Source of the DNA: an uncultured Chloroflexia bacterium
Lineage (GTDB): Bacteria > Chloroflexota > Dehalococcoidia > Dehalococcoidales > UBA2162
DNA: 64,000 nucleotides
Direction: 5' to 3'
Assembly (NCBI GenBank): GCA_963745605.1
Contig: CAVUYC010000027.1
Location: 9,190 to 73,189, forward strand
This document shows positions 19,691 to 28,999 of the stretch, piece by piece (position 1 is the stretch's first letter; each line of letters begins with the position of its first letter). The position numbers and the translations under genes were made by a program. Under the pieces are notes generated by a model that ran no database searches, was not told the origin of the DNA, and saw only the letters and a list, made by a program, of their open reading frames with translations.

Positions 19691-19990
19691 CAGATGACCT
19701 CCTGAATGCCTGGTCAGAGCTTGGTCATCCGATATTGAGGACCCAGTGGGTTGACTCGCCAAGGAGATAACTCGCGTCGAACCGGCTGAATGGATGATAC
19801 CACTGTTTGACCCCGACATTCAATTTCAGGATCGGGAAGCTAGTCTCCGGAGAGCGGATCCGGCCAGGTCCTACGTGAAAAGCAATGACGGGTTCAAATG
19901 AAAGGTGGGTTTTAATGGGCTGCGTTGGACCGCCTCGCCGCGCCCCACCGAGTGCTGAAAAGGAGGACGGCTCGAGGGCCGAGAGGAAAT

Positions 19991-20067
19991 TGGTCGGGGC
20001 GGGCAGGTTTGAACTGCCGACCTCTTGGTCCCGAACCAAGCGCGCTGCCGGACTGCGCTACGCCCCG
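19991..20067 (-). tRNA. tRNA-Pro (anticodon CGG), CCA encoded
   Basis: CGGGGCG-TA-GCGC..GCGC-G-CTTGG-TTCGGGA-CCAAG-AGGTC-GGCAG-TTCAAAC-CTGCC-CGCCCCG-A-CCA folds as a cloverleaf. Confidence 0.9.
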
Positions 20068-20193
20068 TTTCTGCGCCGCTGGACCACACCACTCCAAACA
20101 CCAGACCATCAACTACAAGCAAAAACGCCAAACCCGACAACGGACGATAAAACGAACACTCGTTGCGAGCCAAATCCAGAATAGAGAACCCGA

Positions 20194-20237
20194 AGAGAAA
20201 AGACAAGTCCCAGGTCAATGTGGACCTGGGACTTGTC
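20194..20237 (-). terminator. Rho-independent terminator of the por operon
   Basis: Perfect 15-bp stem GACAAGTCCCAGGTC/GACCTGGGACTTGTC with a 6-nt loop, followed on the minus strand by TTTTCTCTT. Confidence 0.75.
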
Positions 20238-20248
20238 CTATGTCAACT

Positions 20249-21178
20249 TCAGGCGACGACGCCGGCTTTCCTCTTTAACTCTTCGTATTGCTCGTTGATG
20301 CGGGTCTGGATCTGGCTGATAGTGTCGGGCGAAAGATGACTGAACCGACCCTGGAGCTTGAGGTAATCCTGCAATGGCTTAAGCTTGGACGGAGTTACGG
20401 TAAGCTTGTACTTACCATTCTCGATCTCGTAAAGAGGAAATACGGCGGTCTCGACGGCCAGGCGGCCAATGCTCACAGCGATGTCAGTGGCACAGCGCCA
20501 GCCCGTGGGACAAACGGAAAGAACGTGAAGGTACGCTGGCCCCTTGACCTCAACCGCTTTCTTAACCTTATCCATCAGGTCGAAGGGGTAGCTGGGGCTA
20601 GCAGTGGCCACGTAGGGAATATTGTGGGCGGCACAGATCTCGGGCATGTTCTTCTTCCACGAAAACTGGCCGATACTCTTGGCACCCGGAGGCGACGTGG
20701 TAGTTGAGGCACCGAAGGGCGTAGACGAAGAACGCTGGATGCCCGTGTTCATGTAGGCTTCGTTGTCGAAGCAGATATAGACGAAGTCGTGACCTCTCTC
20801 GAGGGCACCTGACAAAGCCTGAAGTCCGATGTCGGCCGTACCACCATCGCCAGCCATGGCGATAACGTGAGGGGTCGGCTGCGGACCCCGTCCTTTCCGA
20901 TTCAACACCTTGATGGCTGACTCGATGCCGCCAGCCACAGCAGCAGTGTTTTCAAACAGGGTATGAATCCAGGGCACGTTCCAAGCCGTGTAGGGGAACT
21001 GCGAAGAAACGACTTCCATACAGCCGGTGGCGTTGGAGATGATGACGTTCTCGCCAAGGGCCTTGCAGGCGAGCCTGACAGCCAACGCCTCGCCGCACCC
21101 CACGCACGCGCGATGACCAGGCGTGAAAAGCTCTTTGTCCGGGACCAGACGCTTGCCGAATTTGACGAATTCCGCCAT
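20249..21178 (-). CDS. porB: Pyruvate/2-oxoacid:ferredoxin oxidoreductase, beta (TPP-binding) subunit
   Basis: 309 aa. CVGCGEALAVRL, GDGGTADIGLQALS (TPP motif). Last gene of the four-gene por-type operon. Confidence 0.9.
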   Translation of the reverse strand: MAEFVKFGKRLVPDKELFTPGHRACVGCGEALAVRLACKALGENVIISNATGCMEVVSSQFPYTAWNVPWIHTLFENTAAVAGGIESAIKVLNRKGRGPQPTPHVIAMAGDGGTADIGLQALSGALERGHDFVYICFDNEAYMNTGIQRSSSTPFGASTTTSPPGAKSIGQFSWKKNMPEICAAHNIPYVATASPSYPFDLMDKVKKAVEVKGPAYLHVLSVCPTGWRCATDIAVSIGRLAVETAVFPLYEIENGKYKLTVTPSKLKPLQDYLKLQGRFSHLSPDTISQIQTRINEQYEELKRKAGVVA

Positions 21179-22362
21179 TACTCTCTCACTCCAAACATCT
21201 CGAATTCGGCAGCGCCCGGGGTGCGGGCATTCCGGATGCCGTCCTCGATGATCTTCTCAAAACTGGCGACAGTGATGTCTCGTCCGCCGAGCCCGCCAAT
21301 GATTCCAGAGATCAGCGGCCGTTTCGGCTGACCGTACAGGGCAGATCGAACCTCAGAAGCCACAGGACCGCCGGGGCCTCCAAAAGAGACCGCACGGTCG
21401 AGAACAACGAGTACGTCAACATCTTTAACGGCGTTGCGCAGGTCCTCGAAGGGGAATGGGCGCCACAGTCGAATCCTGACGAGACCCACGTCTTTGCCTG
21501 CCGCCCTCATCTGGTCGATGGCGTCCATGGCCGTCTCGGAGTAGCTGCCCATGGTCATGAGCAAAGTTTTCGGCGTCTTCGGAAGGTTGGCAGGATAGGT
21601 CTCGACGGCCCGGTAGCGACGGCCGAAACGTTTGGCAAAATCCGCCCAGACCTCGTCGATTGCCTTTCTCGACTGATCAAGGTTTTCCACCTGCGCCTTC
21701 TTGGCTTCGGTATAAATGTTAGGAACAGCCAGAACGCCCATGCTGGAAGGGTGAGCGGGGTCGAGGGGCGTGGGATAGCTGTAGGGGGGAAGGAAGGCAT
21801 CAACCTCGTCCTGGTCAGGCATAAGCATTGGCTCAATCATATGGGTCAGGTGGAAACCGTCCAGATGGACCATGACGGGCAAGAGCACCCGATTGTCACC
21901 GGAAATGCGGAAGGCACAGAGGGTATTATCGATAACCTCCTGGCCATTCTCAGTGAAGATCTGAATCCAACCGACATCTCGCGCCGCCATGGCGTCCGAG
22001 TGATCGCCCCAGATATTCAGGGGGGCGGAAAGGGCCCGATTGGCTACGGCCATGACCATGGGAAGTCTCATGCTGGAAGCGACATAGAGGACCTCGTGCA
22101 TAAGCTCCAGCCCTTGACCGGCAGTTGCGGTAAAGGTCCGGGCACCAGCCGCCGACGCGCCAAGGCAAGCGCTCATGGCCGAGTGCTCGGACTCCACAGG
22201 AATGTATTCAGCGTCGAGCTTGCCGTCGGCGACTAGTTCGGCGAGGTGTTCAACGATATGAGTTTGGGGAGTGATGGGGTAGGCAGCTACTACATCCACA
22301 TTGGCGAGTCTGACGACGTCAGCCAATGCAAGGGATACTTCAAGACCGACTCTCTTTGCCAT
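21178..22362 (-). CDS. porA: Pyruvate/2-oxoacid:ferredoxin oxidoreductase, alpha subunit
   Basis: 394 aa. AAYPITPQTHIVEHLAE motif. 1-nt overlap with porB. Confidence 0.9.
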   Translation of the reverse strand: MAKRVGLEVSLALADVVRLANVDVVAAYPITPQTHIVEHLAELVADGKLDAEYIPVESEHSAMSACLGASAAGARTFTATAGQGLELMHEVLYVASSMRLPMVMAVANRALSAPLNIWGDHSDAMAARDVGWIQIFTENGQEVIDNTLCAFRISGDNRVLLPVMVHLDGFHLTHMIEPMLMPDQDEVDAFLPPYSYPTPLDPAHPSSMGVLAVPNIYTEAKKAQVENLDQSRKAIDEVWADFAKRFGRRYRAVETYPANLPKTPKTLLMTMGSYSETAMDAIDQMRAAGKDVGLVRIRLWRPFPFEDLRNAVKDVDVLVVLDRAVSFGGPGGPVASEVRSALYGQPKRPLISGIIGGLGGRDITVASFEKIIEDGIRNARTPGAAEFEMFGVRE

Positions 22363-22653
22363 CTATTCTCCCTCGTTCTCCATTACAATGGCTTTTCTGG
22401 GGCATTCGGCTGGGCAGACGCCACAACCCTTACAGTACTTAAGGTCGGCGACAAAAAAGCCTTCTTTGTCAGCATGAATACATCCCTCGGGGCAATAGAC
22501 GAAGCAAAGGCCGCACTTGGTGCATTTTGCCTTGTCGAGAACCGGGTGCCGGGACTTCCAGTCGCCGGTCTCATATTGTCTGGCCCCGCCCGGGTCAGTG
22601 TCGAGGGTACCGGGAGCGAGTTCTCTCCACGAGACAGCTTCCTTCTTGGGCAT
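22363..22653 (-). CDS. porD: Pyruvate/2-oxoacid:ferredoxin oxidoreductase, delta subunit (2x[4Fe-4S])
   Basis: 96 aa. CTKCGLCFVYCP and CKGCGVCPAECP motifs. Confidence 0.9.
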   Translation of the reverse strand: MPKKEAVSWRELAPGTLDTDPGGARQYETGDWKSRHPVLDKAKCTKCGLCFVYCPEGCIHADKEGFFVADLKYCKGCGVCPAECPRKAIVMENEGE

Positions 22654-23225
22654 TAGCGCAACTCCTCCACAGTAGTCTCCTCGATAGCCCTCTTCATAGC
22701 ATTCACATTCCTGTCGGCGAGGCGGCCAAACCTATCACGTAGAGGCTCGATGAGGGATTCCGGCTTAACCGCCCCGGTTGCCTTCAGCAAGGCACCGAGC
22801 ATTGTCGTGTTGACGATCGGCACGCCAAGCGTCTCGCGTGCGATCTTGCTGGCATCGACAACAGCGACACGCCAGTGTCCTTTAAACGCGCCTTTAATGT
22901 CCGAGACCGGCCGGCTGGAGTTGACAATGACTGTTCCACCATCGCGAAGGCCGTCAGTCACATTGACCACTCTCAACACGGTAGCATCCAGAACGACAAC
23001 TACATGGGGCTCAGTGATACCGGCGCGAACGTGGATCGGCTTTTCAGGACTAATACGATCATAGGCAACTACAGGGGCGCCACGGCGTTCGGGACCGAAA
23101 GAGGGGAAAGCTTGAGCATACTTGCCTTCGCTTATGGCAGCCTTTGCCAGAAGCTCCGCCGAAGTCACCGCACCCTGCCCGCCTCTTCCGTGCCAACGGA
23201 TCTCGATCAGGTCACTCTTCTCCAA
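22653..23225 (-). CDS. porG: Pyruvate/2-oxoacid:ferredoxin oxidoreductase, gamma subunit
   Basis: 190 aa. IRWHGRGGQGAVTSAELLAKAA...FPSFGPERRGAPV. Confidence 0.9.
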   Translation of the reverse strand: MEKSDLIEIRWHGRGGQGAVTSAELLAKAAISEGKYAQAFPSFGPERRGAPVVAYDRISPEKPIHVRAGITEPHVVVVLDATVLRVVNVTDGLRDGGTVIVNSSRPVSDIKGAFKGHWRVAVVDASKIARETLGVPIVNTTMLGALLKATGAVKPESLIEPLRDRFGRLADRNVNAMKRAIEETTVEELR

Positions 23226-23259
23226 GCAACACTCCTAGAATAGAATTGGCCGATGCAAG

Positions 23260-23332
23260 TGCCCCTAGAGCGACTCGAACGCTCGCAACCGGCTTCGGAG
23301 GCCGATGCTCTATCCAACTGAGCTATAGGGGC
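23260..23332 (-). tRNA. tRNA-Arg (anticodon CCG), CCA not encoded
   Basis: GCCCCTA-TA-GCTC-AGTTGGATA-GAGC-A-TCGGC-CTCCGAA-GCCGG-..-GAGCG-TTCGAGT-CGCTC-TAGGGGC-A. Confidence 0.9.
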
Positions 23333-23516
23333 AAGAGGGAATAACCCACTAAGAGATATTAAAGCAAGGTTTTGGTCAATGCAACCGTGCGCGACAACCG
23401 ACCCCAAATAACATCCGATTCGACTAATAGCAGTATCGCGGCATAGCCCTAACGACCGGTGCCCTTCCTCTATATCCTAGGATTTAGACCTATACGAACT
23501 ACCGCTATATGAGTGC

Positions 23517-23545
23517 TTGCAACTAGGGCGTAGTACTGATATAAT
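23517..23545 (+). promoter_or_regulatory. Candidate sigma70-type promoter of the cytochrome gene
   Basis: TTGCAA (23517-23522), exactly 17 nt spacer, TATAAT (23540-23545). Confidence 0.5.
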
Positions 23546-23571
23546 CCCGCCCAATGCTCAGTCTAAGCCTT

Positions 23572-23607
23572 GATGAAGATGAACCGAAGGATGAAGATGA
23601 ACCGAAG
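23572..23607 (+). repeat. Perfect 18-bp tandem duplication GATGAAGATGAACCGAAG x2 in the cytochrome leader
   Basis: Read directly: 23572-23589 equals 23590-23607. Confidence 0.9.
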
Positions 23608-23660
23608 ACTGAGCTTCACTGCGCTCAAAATTGGTCTTTGACTAACGGAAGGAGGTCGCA

Positions 23661-26471
23661 TTGAGACGAAAGCTACTGCCCCATGTTGGCGCGGCATCGA
23701 TCCTGCTGGTTTTGGGATTGCTTGCCGCTTGCACACCTCAACCAGGTGCAGCGGGACCTGCGGGACCTGCGGGACCTGCGGGTCCGGCGGGAACAGCGGG
23801 TGCCGTCGGTGCCGCCGGGCCGCAAGGCGGCGCGGTTAGAATCGCCGATATCCACGGAGCCGCGGTCGTAAAGGCCGAGGACGAATTGCAGGGTGCGCCC
23901 GGCAACCCCAAGTACCTGGCGGATATCCAGGTCACCGCAGTTACTGCCGATGCTTCCGGCGTGGCGAAGGTCACCTTCACGCTCAAACACAACGGGGCCC
24001 CGGTGACGGCGATTCCAGCCGGCACTAGCGTAAGAGTCGGCATGTTCAAACTGGCGCCGAAAGCGAACGGCCAAAGCTACAATAGCTGGGTCTCCTACTA
24101 TTGGACTACGGCTACTGCCGGGACGGCCAACGCATCCAATGTGGCGTGGCCCATGCCGGCGACTTACAAGGTGAGCCAGGCCACCCGCGAGACAGTAGAC
24201 CTCGCGAAATTGGTCAACAATGGCGGGGGCAGCTACTCATATACGTTTGCCCAGAACCTTAGTACAGCGACCATGCCTTCACCGGCAATCAATCCAACAG
24301 GGACGACACCCGTCGGCTACGACCGGGCTGCAACGCACCGCGTGCTGGTCGATTTCGGAGGTCATGCCGGTCCGACGGGAGAAGCCACTCTGGACTTCGT
24401 GCCGAGTGGTTCGGCAGTCTCCCAAACACGGAATATCGTTTTAACCGACACGTGTAAGAAGTGCCACGGTCCTGAATTCGCAGGCCATGGCGGAGATCGC
24501 GTCACCGTAGAGGGTTGCGTGACCTGCCATAGTCCGAACACCACCGATCCTCAGAGCGGCAACACAGTTGAAATGTCCGTCATGATCCATAAGATTCATG
24601 CCGGCAACGAACTGCCGAGCATTCAGGGCCCCGACGGGCAGTACTACGACAATCCGAATACGCCCGTGGACGAGACCAAGGACAACGGCAAACCGTATGC
24701 CATCTGGGGCAATTCCAACTCTTACTTCTCGTGGGAGGGCGTCGCTTTCCCTGCGGTTATCGCAAATTGCGAGGCCTGTCACACCGGAGCCGCCAAAGAT
24801 GCGACCAACTGGAAGACCGTACCCTCCCGTGCGGCTTGCGGTTCCTGCCACGATAACGTGGACTTCAAGACTGGCGCCAACCATTCTCCGTCGAAGCTCG
24901 CCCAGGCAAATGACGACGCCTGCGCCGGATGCCATTCTTCTTCATCCATAGTCGATGCCCACAACTGGACGACGAAGGACGTTAGGAATATCCCGGAATA
25001 CGACGTCACGGTAACTACAGATACTCCGACTCGCGGCTACTACATCAACGGTGAAAAACCCGTGGTCACGATCGTGCTGAAGGACAAGGCCACAGGCGCC
25101 GTTATCGATCACAACACGGTGGTACAAGATCCGGTCGCTGAAGGAAGCTCCGGAAAGAGAGACGGGCTATTCACAGCCGCCAATGTCTACGTTTCAGGAC
25201 CACGGGCGGGAAAGGTCGTCAATCTGACCTATGCAGCACGGGCTGCAGTGCGGACGGCAACAGCAGGGCCCTGGAACCTGAGTGCCGGGGGAAGCCTGGC
25301 GGTGAGAGTGGACTCCGGAATGCCAATGTTGACCTACGATAATGCAAAAGAACAGGGTGGATACGGGGCTGACTTGCTGATCAGCGGCGACATCACAGTC
25401 ACGCTGCCGGCGACCGGTCCAGCCTTGAATGCTCTGTTCGCCAACCCCGCGGCAGCTACGGCCTCAGAGGTTGCAGCGTGGCTGAACGCCGACCCCAACT
25501 TCAGTGAGCGCGCCATTGCTTACATTGACGAGGCGCTGGCAGGCAACGCCAACGCTGGGAAGCTGGCGATCAGGACCCGTGGCGTAGCAAAGACAGACAA
25601 GAATGGCAACGTCACTGAGACTTATGACCAGCGCAGCATTCAGCTCGTGTCCATGCCCGTCGCAGGCATGTTCGCCGCAGCAGACACTGCACCAGCCGCG
25701 ACGTCGTTCAAGACGGCCGGTGGGGCGGATTCACTTCGCAAAATGACTGTCGCAAACGCGACGAACCCGAAGGCCGTCTTCTCAACTGGCAACATCAAAT
25801 ACACCCTGGATCCAGTGGACGACCTTGTCGCGGGAACCTACATTATCAACGTCGAATTCGCCGATGCCGGTCGAGCGCCTGCGCCTGCTAACCCGGCAGA
25901 GCCGCCGTACGTCGACTACGTAACACCATCGGTGGCAGTAGCGACCTTCCAGGTCAAGACCGCGGCCGTGGAAAAGCCGGTAGCGAGCAATTGCACCAGC
26001 TGCCACTGGAGCACCGCCGCGATCGGATTTGTGCTGGACTTCCCTCGCCACGACAAGATCTTCGATGAGAAGGCAACGGACCGGTGCGGAGGGTGCCATG
26101 ATTACCTTTCCGGCCAGAACCCGACAACGACGACCCAACTCAGCTACGCTGGAGCATTGTCGAACCGGGTACATGCGGTACACAACGGAGCGAACCTGCA
26201 GACTCCAACCCTCACGGTTAATCATGAGGAGACCTCTGCCTTCGGCCGCAATTGGGACATCAACTACCCCATGGATATCCGGAACTGCGAATCGTGCCAT
26301 CCCAAGGCAACGACCAGCGGCACATGGATGACCAATCCCAACCGCCTGGCTTGTTCGGGGTGCCATGACACCGATGCAGCCAAGGCTCACATGAAAATCA
26401 ATACCTTCGACCCAACGCCGCTGGCACCGTTTAGCGGGGATGAGGTCGAGTCCTGTAAGTCATGCCACTAA
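23661..26471 (+). CDS. Lipoprotein-type decaheme c-type cytochrome, OmcA/MtrC-like architecture, with a collagen-like Gly-X-Y linker
   Basis: GGAAGGAGG RBS and TTG start. Signal peptide plus lipobox LLAAC (Cys24). Nine G-X-Y triplets. Ten CxxCH motifs arranged 5 + ~330-aa gap + 5: CKKCH, CVTCH, CEACH, CGSCH, CAGCH / CTSCH, CGGCH, CESCH, CSGCH, CKSCH. Confidence 0.85.
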   Translation: MRRKLLPHVGAASILLVLGLLAACTPQPGAAGPAGPAGPAGPAGTAGAVGAAGPQGGAVRIADIHGAAVVKAEDELQGAPGNPKYLADIQVTAVTADASGVAKVTFTLKHNGAPVTAIPAGTSVRVGMFKLAPKANGQSYNSWVSYYWTTATAGTANASNVAWPMPATYKVSQATRETVDLAKLVNNGGGSYSYTFAQNLSTATMPSPAINPTGTTPVGYDRAATHRVLVDFGGHAGPTGEATLDFVPSGSAVSQTRNIVLTDTCKKCHGPEFAGHGGDRVTVEGCVTCHSPNTTDPQSGNTVEMSVMIHKIHAGNELPSIQGPDGQYYDNPNTPVDETKDNGKPYAIWGNSNSYFSWEGVAFPAVIANCEACHTGAAKDATNWKTVPSRAACGSCHDNVDFKTGANHSPSKLAQANDDACAGCHSSSSIVDAHNWTTKDVRNIPEYDVTVTTDTPTRGYYINGEKPVVTIVLKDKATGAVIDHNTVVQDPVAEGSSGKRDGLFTAANVYVSGPRAGKVVNLTYAARAAVRTATAGPWNLSAGGSLAVRVDSGMPMLTYDNAKEQGGYGADLLISGDITVTLPATGPALNALFANPAAATASEVAAWLNADPNFSERAIAYIDEALAGNANAGKLAIRTRGVAKTDKNGNVTETYDQRSIQLVSMPVAGMFAAADTAPAATSFKTAGGADSLRKMTVANATNPKAVFSTGNIKYTLDPVDDLVAGTYIINVEFADAGRAPAPANPAEPPYVDYVTPSVAVATFQVKTAAVEKPVASNCTSCHWSTAAIGFVLDFPRHDKIFDEKATDRCGGCHDYLSGQNPTTTTQLSYAGALSNRVHAVHNGANLQTPTLTVNHEETSAFGRNWDINYPMDIRNCESCHPKATTSGTWMTNPNRLACSGCHDTDAAKAHMKINTFDPTPLAPFSGDEVESCKSCH
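23745..23825 (+). repeat. Coding collagen-like repeat (9 consecutive Gly-X-Y codon triplets; core GGACCTGCG x3)
   Basis: GAAGPAGPAGPAGPAGTAGAVGAAGPQ, directly after the lipobox. Confidence 0.85.
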
Positions 26472-26523
26472 GGCGGGCGATCGCCGATACCAGCCACTGA
26501 ACAACAGGACTGGAGAGTACAAA

Positions 26524-26556
26524 GGAGGCGGGTCAAATGACCCGCCTCCTTCATTT
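26524..26556 (+). terminator. Rho-independent terminator of the cytochrome gene
   Basis: GGAGGCGGGTC-AAAT-GACCCGCCTCC (11-bp stem) followed by TTCATTT. Confidence 0.65.
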
Positions 26557-26719
26557 CCCCAACCCCTCGGCCCGAAGCGGCCCAGCATGTTGCTTGTCAC
26601 CTGTGCGAAAGGCCAGTACCAAACTAGACCGTCGACTCCCTGCTTCTCTACGTTCGCCTGATGTGAGCAGCCCTGAGACAGCGTTTAATTGGGGCAATGT
26701 ATGCATGGGAGGCCGCAAT

Positions 26720-27961
26720 ATGGTGGCGACGCGAGTGGAAAGACACGAAACGACCCCGATGACGATGGAAGCAACAGGGAAGAACTTCAATCCATTAAAT
26801 GGCTGCTACAAAGTACTCGTTCTCGAGGCGTTGCGGCTTGCCCTCAAGAACCCCTCGCTACCAGGCTTTCTGCTCCGCACAGTCCGGGCACAAAAGAGGG
26901 CATTTGAGCTGCGCTCAAGGCACGCTGACGAAGGCCTGTCGGTCCCTCCCGTGATGGTCTTCAGCGTGACCAACGGCTGCAACCTTCACCGCAAAGGCAG
27001 CTATAGCAGAGCGCTGAGGGACGCGTCGAAACCCGGCATGAGCACAATCGAACTCACGAGTATTATTCAAGAGGGAGCTGAATTGGGGGTCTCCCTGGTT
27101 GTTTTCGCGGGAGGAGAGCCCCTGGTGAGAAAGGACGTGTTGGAGATATCCGCCCGATTCCCCGACGTTTTGTTCATGATCTTCACCAACGGAACGCTGA
27201 TCACGGACGAGATGGTGAAAACCTTCAGGAGCCAGAAGAATGTGCTCCCCGTGTTAAGCATTGAAGGGGAAGCTCTTGAGACAGACGGGCGACGGGGAGA
27301 AGGCGTCCATCAACAGGTCGAGAGGGCGATGGCCACGATGCGGCGCAAAGGGGTCTTCTTTGGATCATCGATAACGGTGACAAGAGATAACTTCCACACT
27401 GTGGTAAACGATGCATTCGTCAGGAGACTGACCGGGCAGGGGTGCAGATTCATGCTCTACTCGGAATACACGCCGACTGAGCCAGCGACCGACGGTCTGG
27501 CAATTACCGAGACACAGAGAGAACTCCTGGGTTCCGACGTGAAAAGGTACAGGGCGAAACAACGAGCGCTGTTCTTCACCGCCCCTGGAGACGAGAGACA
27601 GTTCGGCGGATGCCTTTCAGCCGGGCGCGGATTTATCCACATCAACGCCAACGGAGACGGGGAGCCCTGTCCGTTCGTACCTGTTTCCGACACCAACCTC
27701 AGAGACCGTTCTTTGAGAGAGGCCCTGGGGTCACCATTGTTCGCAGCGATCCGCGCCGCCCGGTCGGAGGAGGGGACGGGGGGTTGCGCCCTGTGGAACA
27801 AGCGAGAGTGGCTGCAGACTCTGGCAAAGGATGCCGGCCGACCCTCCGGCGAGACCGTGTCGGAACACCGCACTTTCGTCTCGGTTGCAGGAGAACACGG
27901 AGATTACTACCGCGTTATCAGAAGAACCACTCCCGCCGCCTGCTGCGCCGCAGCCGCATAG
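26720..27961 (+). CDS. Radical SAM/SPASM-like protein with a degenerate CX3CX2C motif
   Basis: GGGAGG RBS 7 nt before the ATG at 26720; the ORF-track start at 26537 lies inside the terminator hairpin. Family motifs FAGGEPL, FTNGTLI and C-terminal GGCLSAGRGFIHINANGDGEPCPF are present. The cluster motif reads CNLHRKGSY instead of CNLxCxxCY. Confidence 0.7.
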   Translation: MVATRVERHETTPMTMEATGKNFNPLNGCYKVLVLEALRLALKNPSLPGFLLRTVRAQKRAFELRSRHADEGLSVPPVMVFSVTNGCNLHRKGSYSRALRDASKPGMSTIELTSIIQEGAELGVSLVVFAGGEPLVRKDVLEISARFPDVLFMIFTNGTLITDEMVKTFRSQKNVLPVLSIEGEALETDGRRGEGVHQQVERAMATMRRKGVFFGSSITVTRDNFHTVVNDAFVRRLTGQGCRFMLYSEYTPTEPATDGLAITETQRELLGSDVKRYRAKQRALFFTAPGDERQFGGCLSAGRGFIHINANGDGEPCPFVPVSDTNLRDRSLREALGSPLFAAIRAARSEEGTGGCALWNKREWLQTLAKDAGRPSGETVSEHRTFVSVAGEHGDYYRVIRRTTPAACCAAAA

Positions 27962-27993
27962 TCCGTTGGCCGACCCAAGCCGGGTCGGATATG

Positions 27994-28713
27994 TCAGCCC
28001 TGGACGATCAGTATGGTACCAGAGATGAGCAATGTCGCCTCGATCAAATAGGGAAAGACTCGTTCCGGTACCCTGTTCAGAAGACGCGACCCGATGTATG
28101 TGCCGAGCATCATCACTATCCCGATGGCAAGTCCTATCAACAGTGTCCGGACACCTATCAGCGAATAGCTGCCGTAGACGGCCAACTTGGTGACGTGCAT
28201 GGTAACCGCGGTCATCGCCTCGGTGCCAATGTAGGCTCCCCTCACAAGCCCATATGCCAGAAAGAATGGGGCGGCCAGTGGACCAACCGTCCCGAGCACA
28301 GCCGAGAGCACTCCCGATGCCGCTCCCAGGGGAACGAAACCACCGAGGCTGAGCCTGGCAAGTCTCCCCCATTTGGTGTGGCGAAAGACCACCATGACAA
28401 TCAAGAATGCCCCGAGTAGCCTGACCAGCGCGGTGGCAGGAGCCCTGGCGAAAATGATGCCTCCCACGACCGCAGCGGGAACGGCACCCAGAGCGAAACG
28501 CCAGACCACGGCCCATTTCAATTCATGCCGGTTGAGAGCCACTCGCGACAGATTGCCGATCAACTGGGCGACTGTGAGAATCGGTATGGCGTCTGTGACT
28601 CCTACCGCCCAGACGAGAACGGGGAGCATGATCACCGAGCCACCGAACCCGGCAACGGCGGCAAGAGATGATGCAGCCAGAGCAGCGATAGTTACCAGTA
28701 TGCCGGTGAGCAT
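27994..28713 (-). CDS. TauE/SafE family sulfite/anion exporter
   Basis: 239 aa, 7-8 TMs. N-terminal AAVAGFGGSVIMLPVL and a repeated half typical of the family. Confidence 0.8.
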   Translation of the reverse strand: MLTGILVTIAALAASSLAAVAGFGGSVIMLPVLVWAVGVTDAIPILTVAQLIGNLSRVALNRHELKWAVVWRFALGAVPAAVVGGIIFARAPATALVRLLGAFLIVMVVFRHTKWGRLARLSLGGFVPLGAASGVLSAVLGTVGPLAAPFFLAYGLVRGAYIGTEAMTAVTMHVTKLAVYGSYSLIGVRTLLIGLAIGIVMMLGTYIGSRLLNRVPERVFPYLIEATLLISGTILIVQG

Positions 28714-28999
28714 TCAGCAGGAACCTTTCAGATCCGATATCACATGCAAAGAGGCGATTCAGATAGCGGACACATTCTAGCACGGCCGCGAAGGTGCAAC
28801 GAGGCGGGCAAACTCCAACCGGCGATTTCCGGTCTGAGGTGTCTGGGATTGGCGCCGCAGAGGTCGGAGGGGCGTCGAACGCGTTGACGCCCTGTCTACC
28901 CGGTTGTAGAATCATCAAGCCCCAGCGTCCCACAGTCACACCTTGGTCAAAGCCGAAATCTGAAGCATTTCGGAAGCGGAAGAACGGGGCGGGTCCGCT

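Noticed and set aside
19991-23332. tRNA-Pro and tRNA-Arg as integration sites of a genomic island carrying the por operon
   Set aside because: No integrase, no direct repeat of a tRNA 3' end, and no mobility genes. The por operon is core metabolism with its own terminator.
23745-23825. The GGACCTGCG tandem repeat as a non-coding VNTR
   Set aside because: It is in frame within the cytochrome gene and encodes Gly-X-Y triplets directly after the lipobox.
26537-26719. ORF-track start at 26537 for the radical-SAM-like gene
   Set aside because: That start lies inside the terminator hairpin of the cytochrome gene, and the first 61 codons look non-protein-like. The ATG at 26720 has a GGGAGG RBS.
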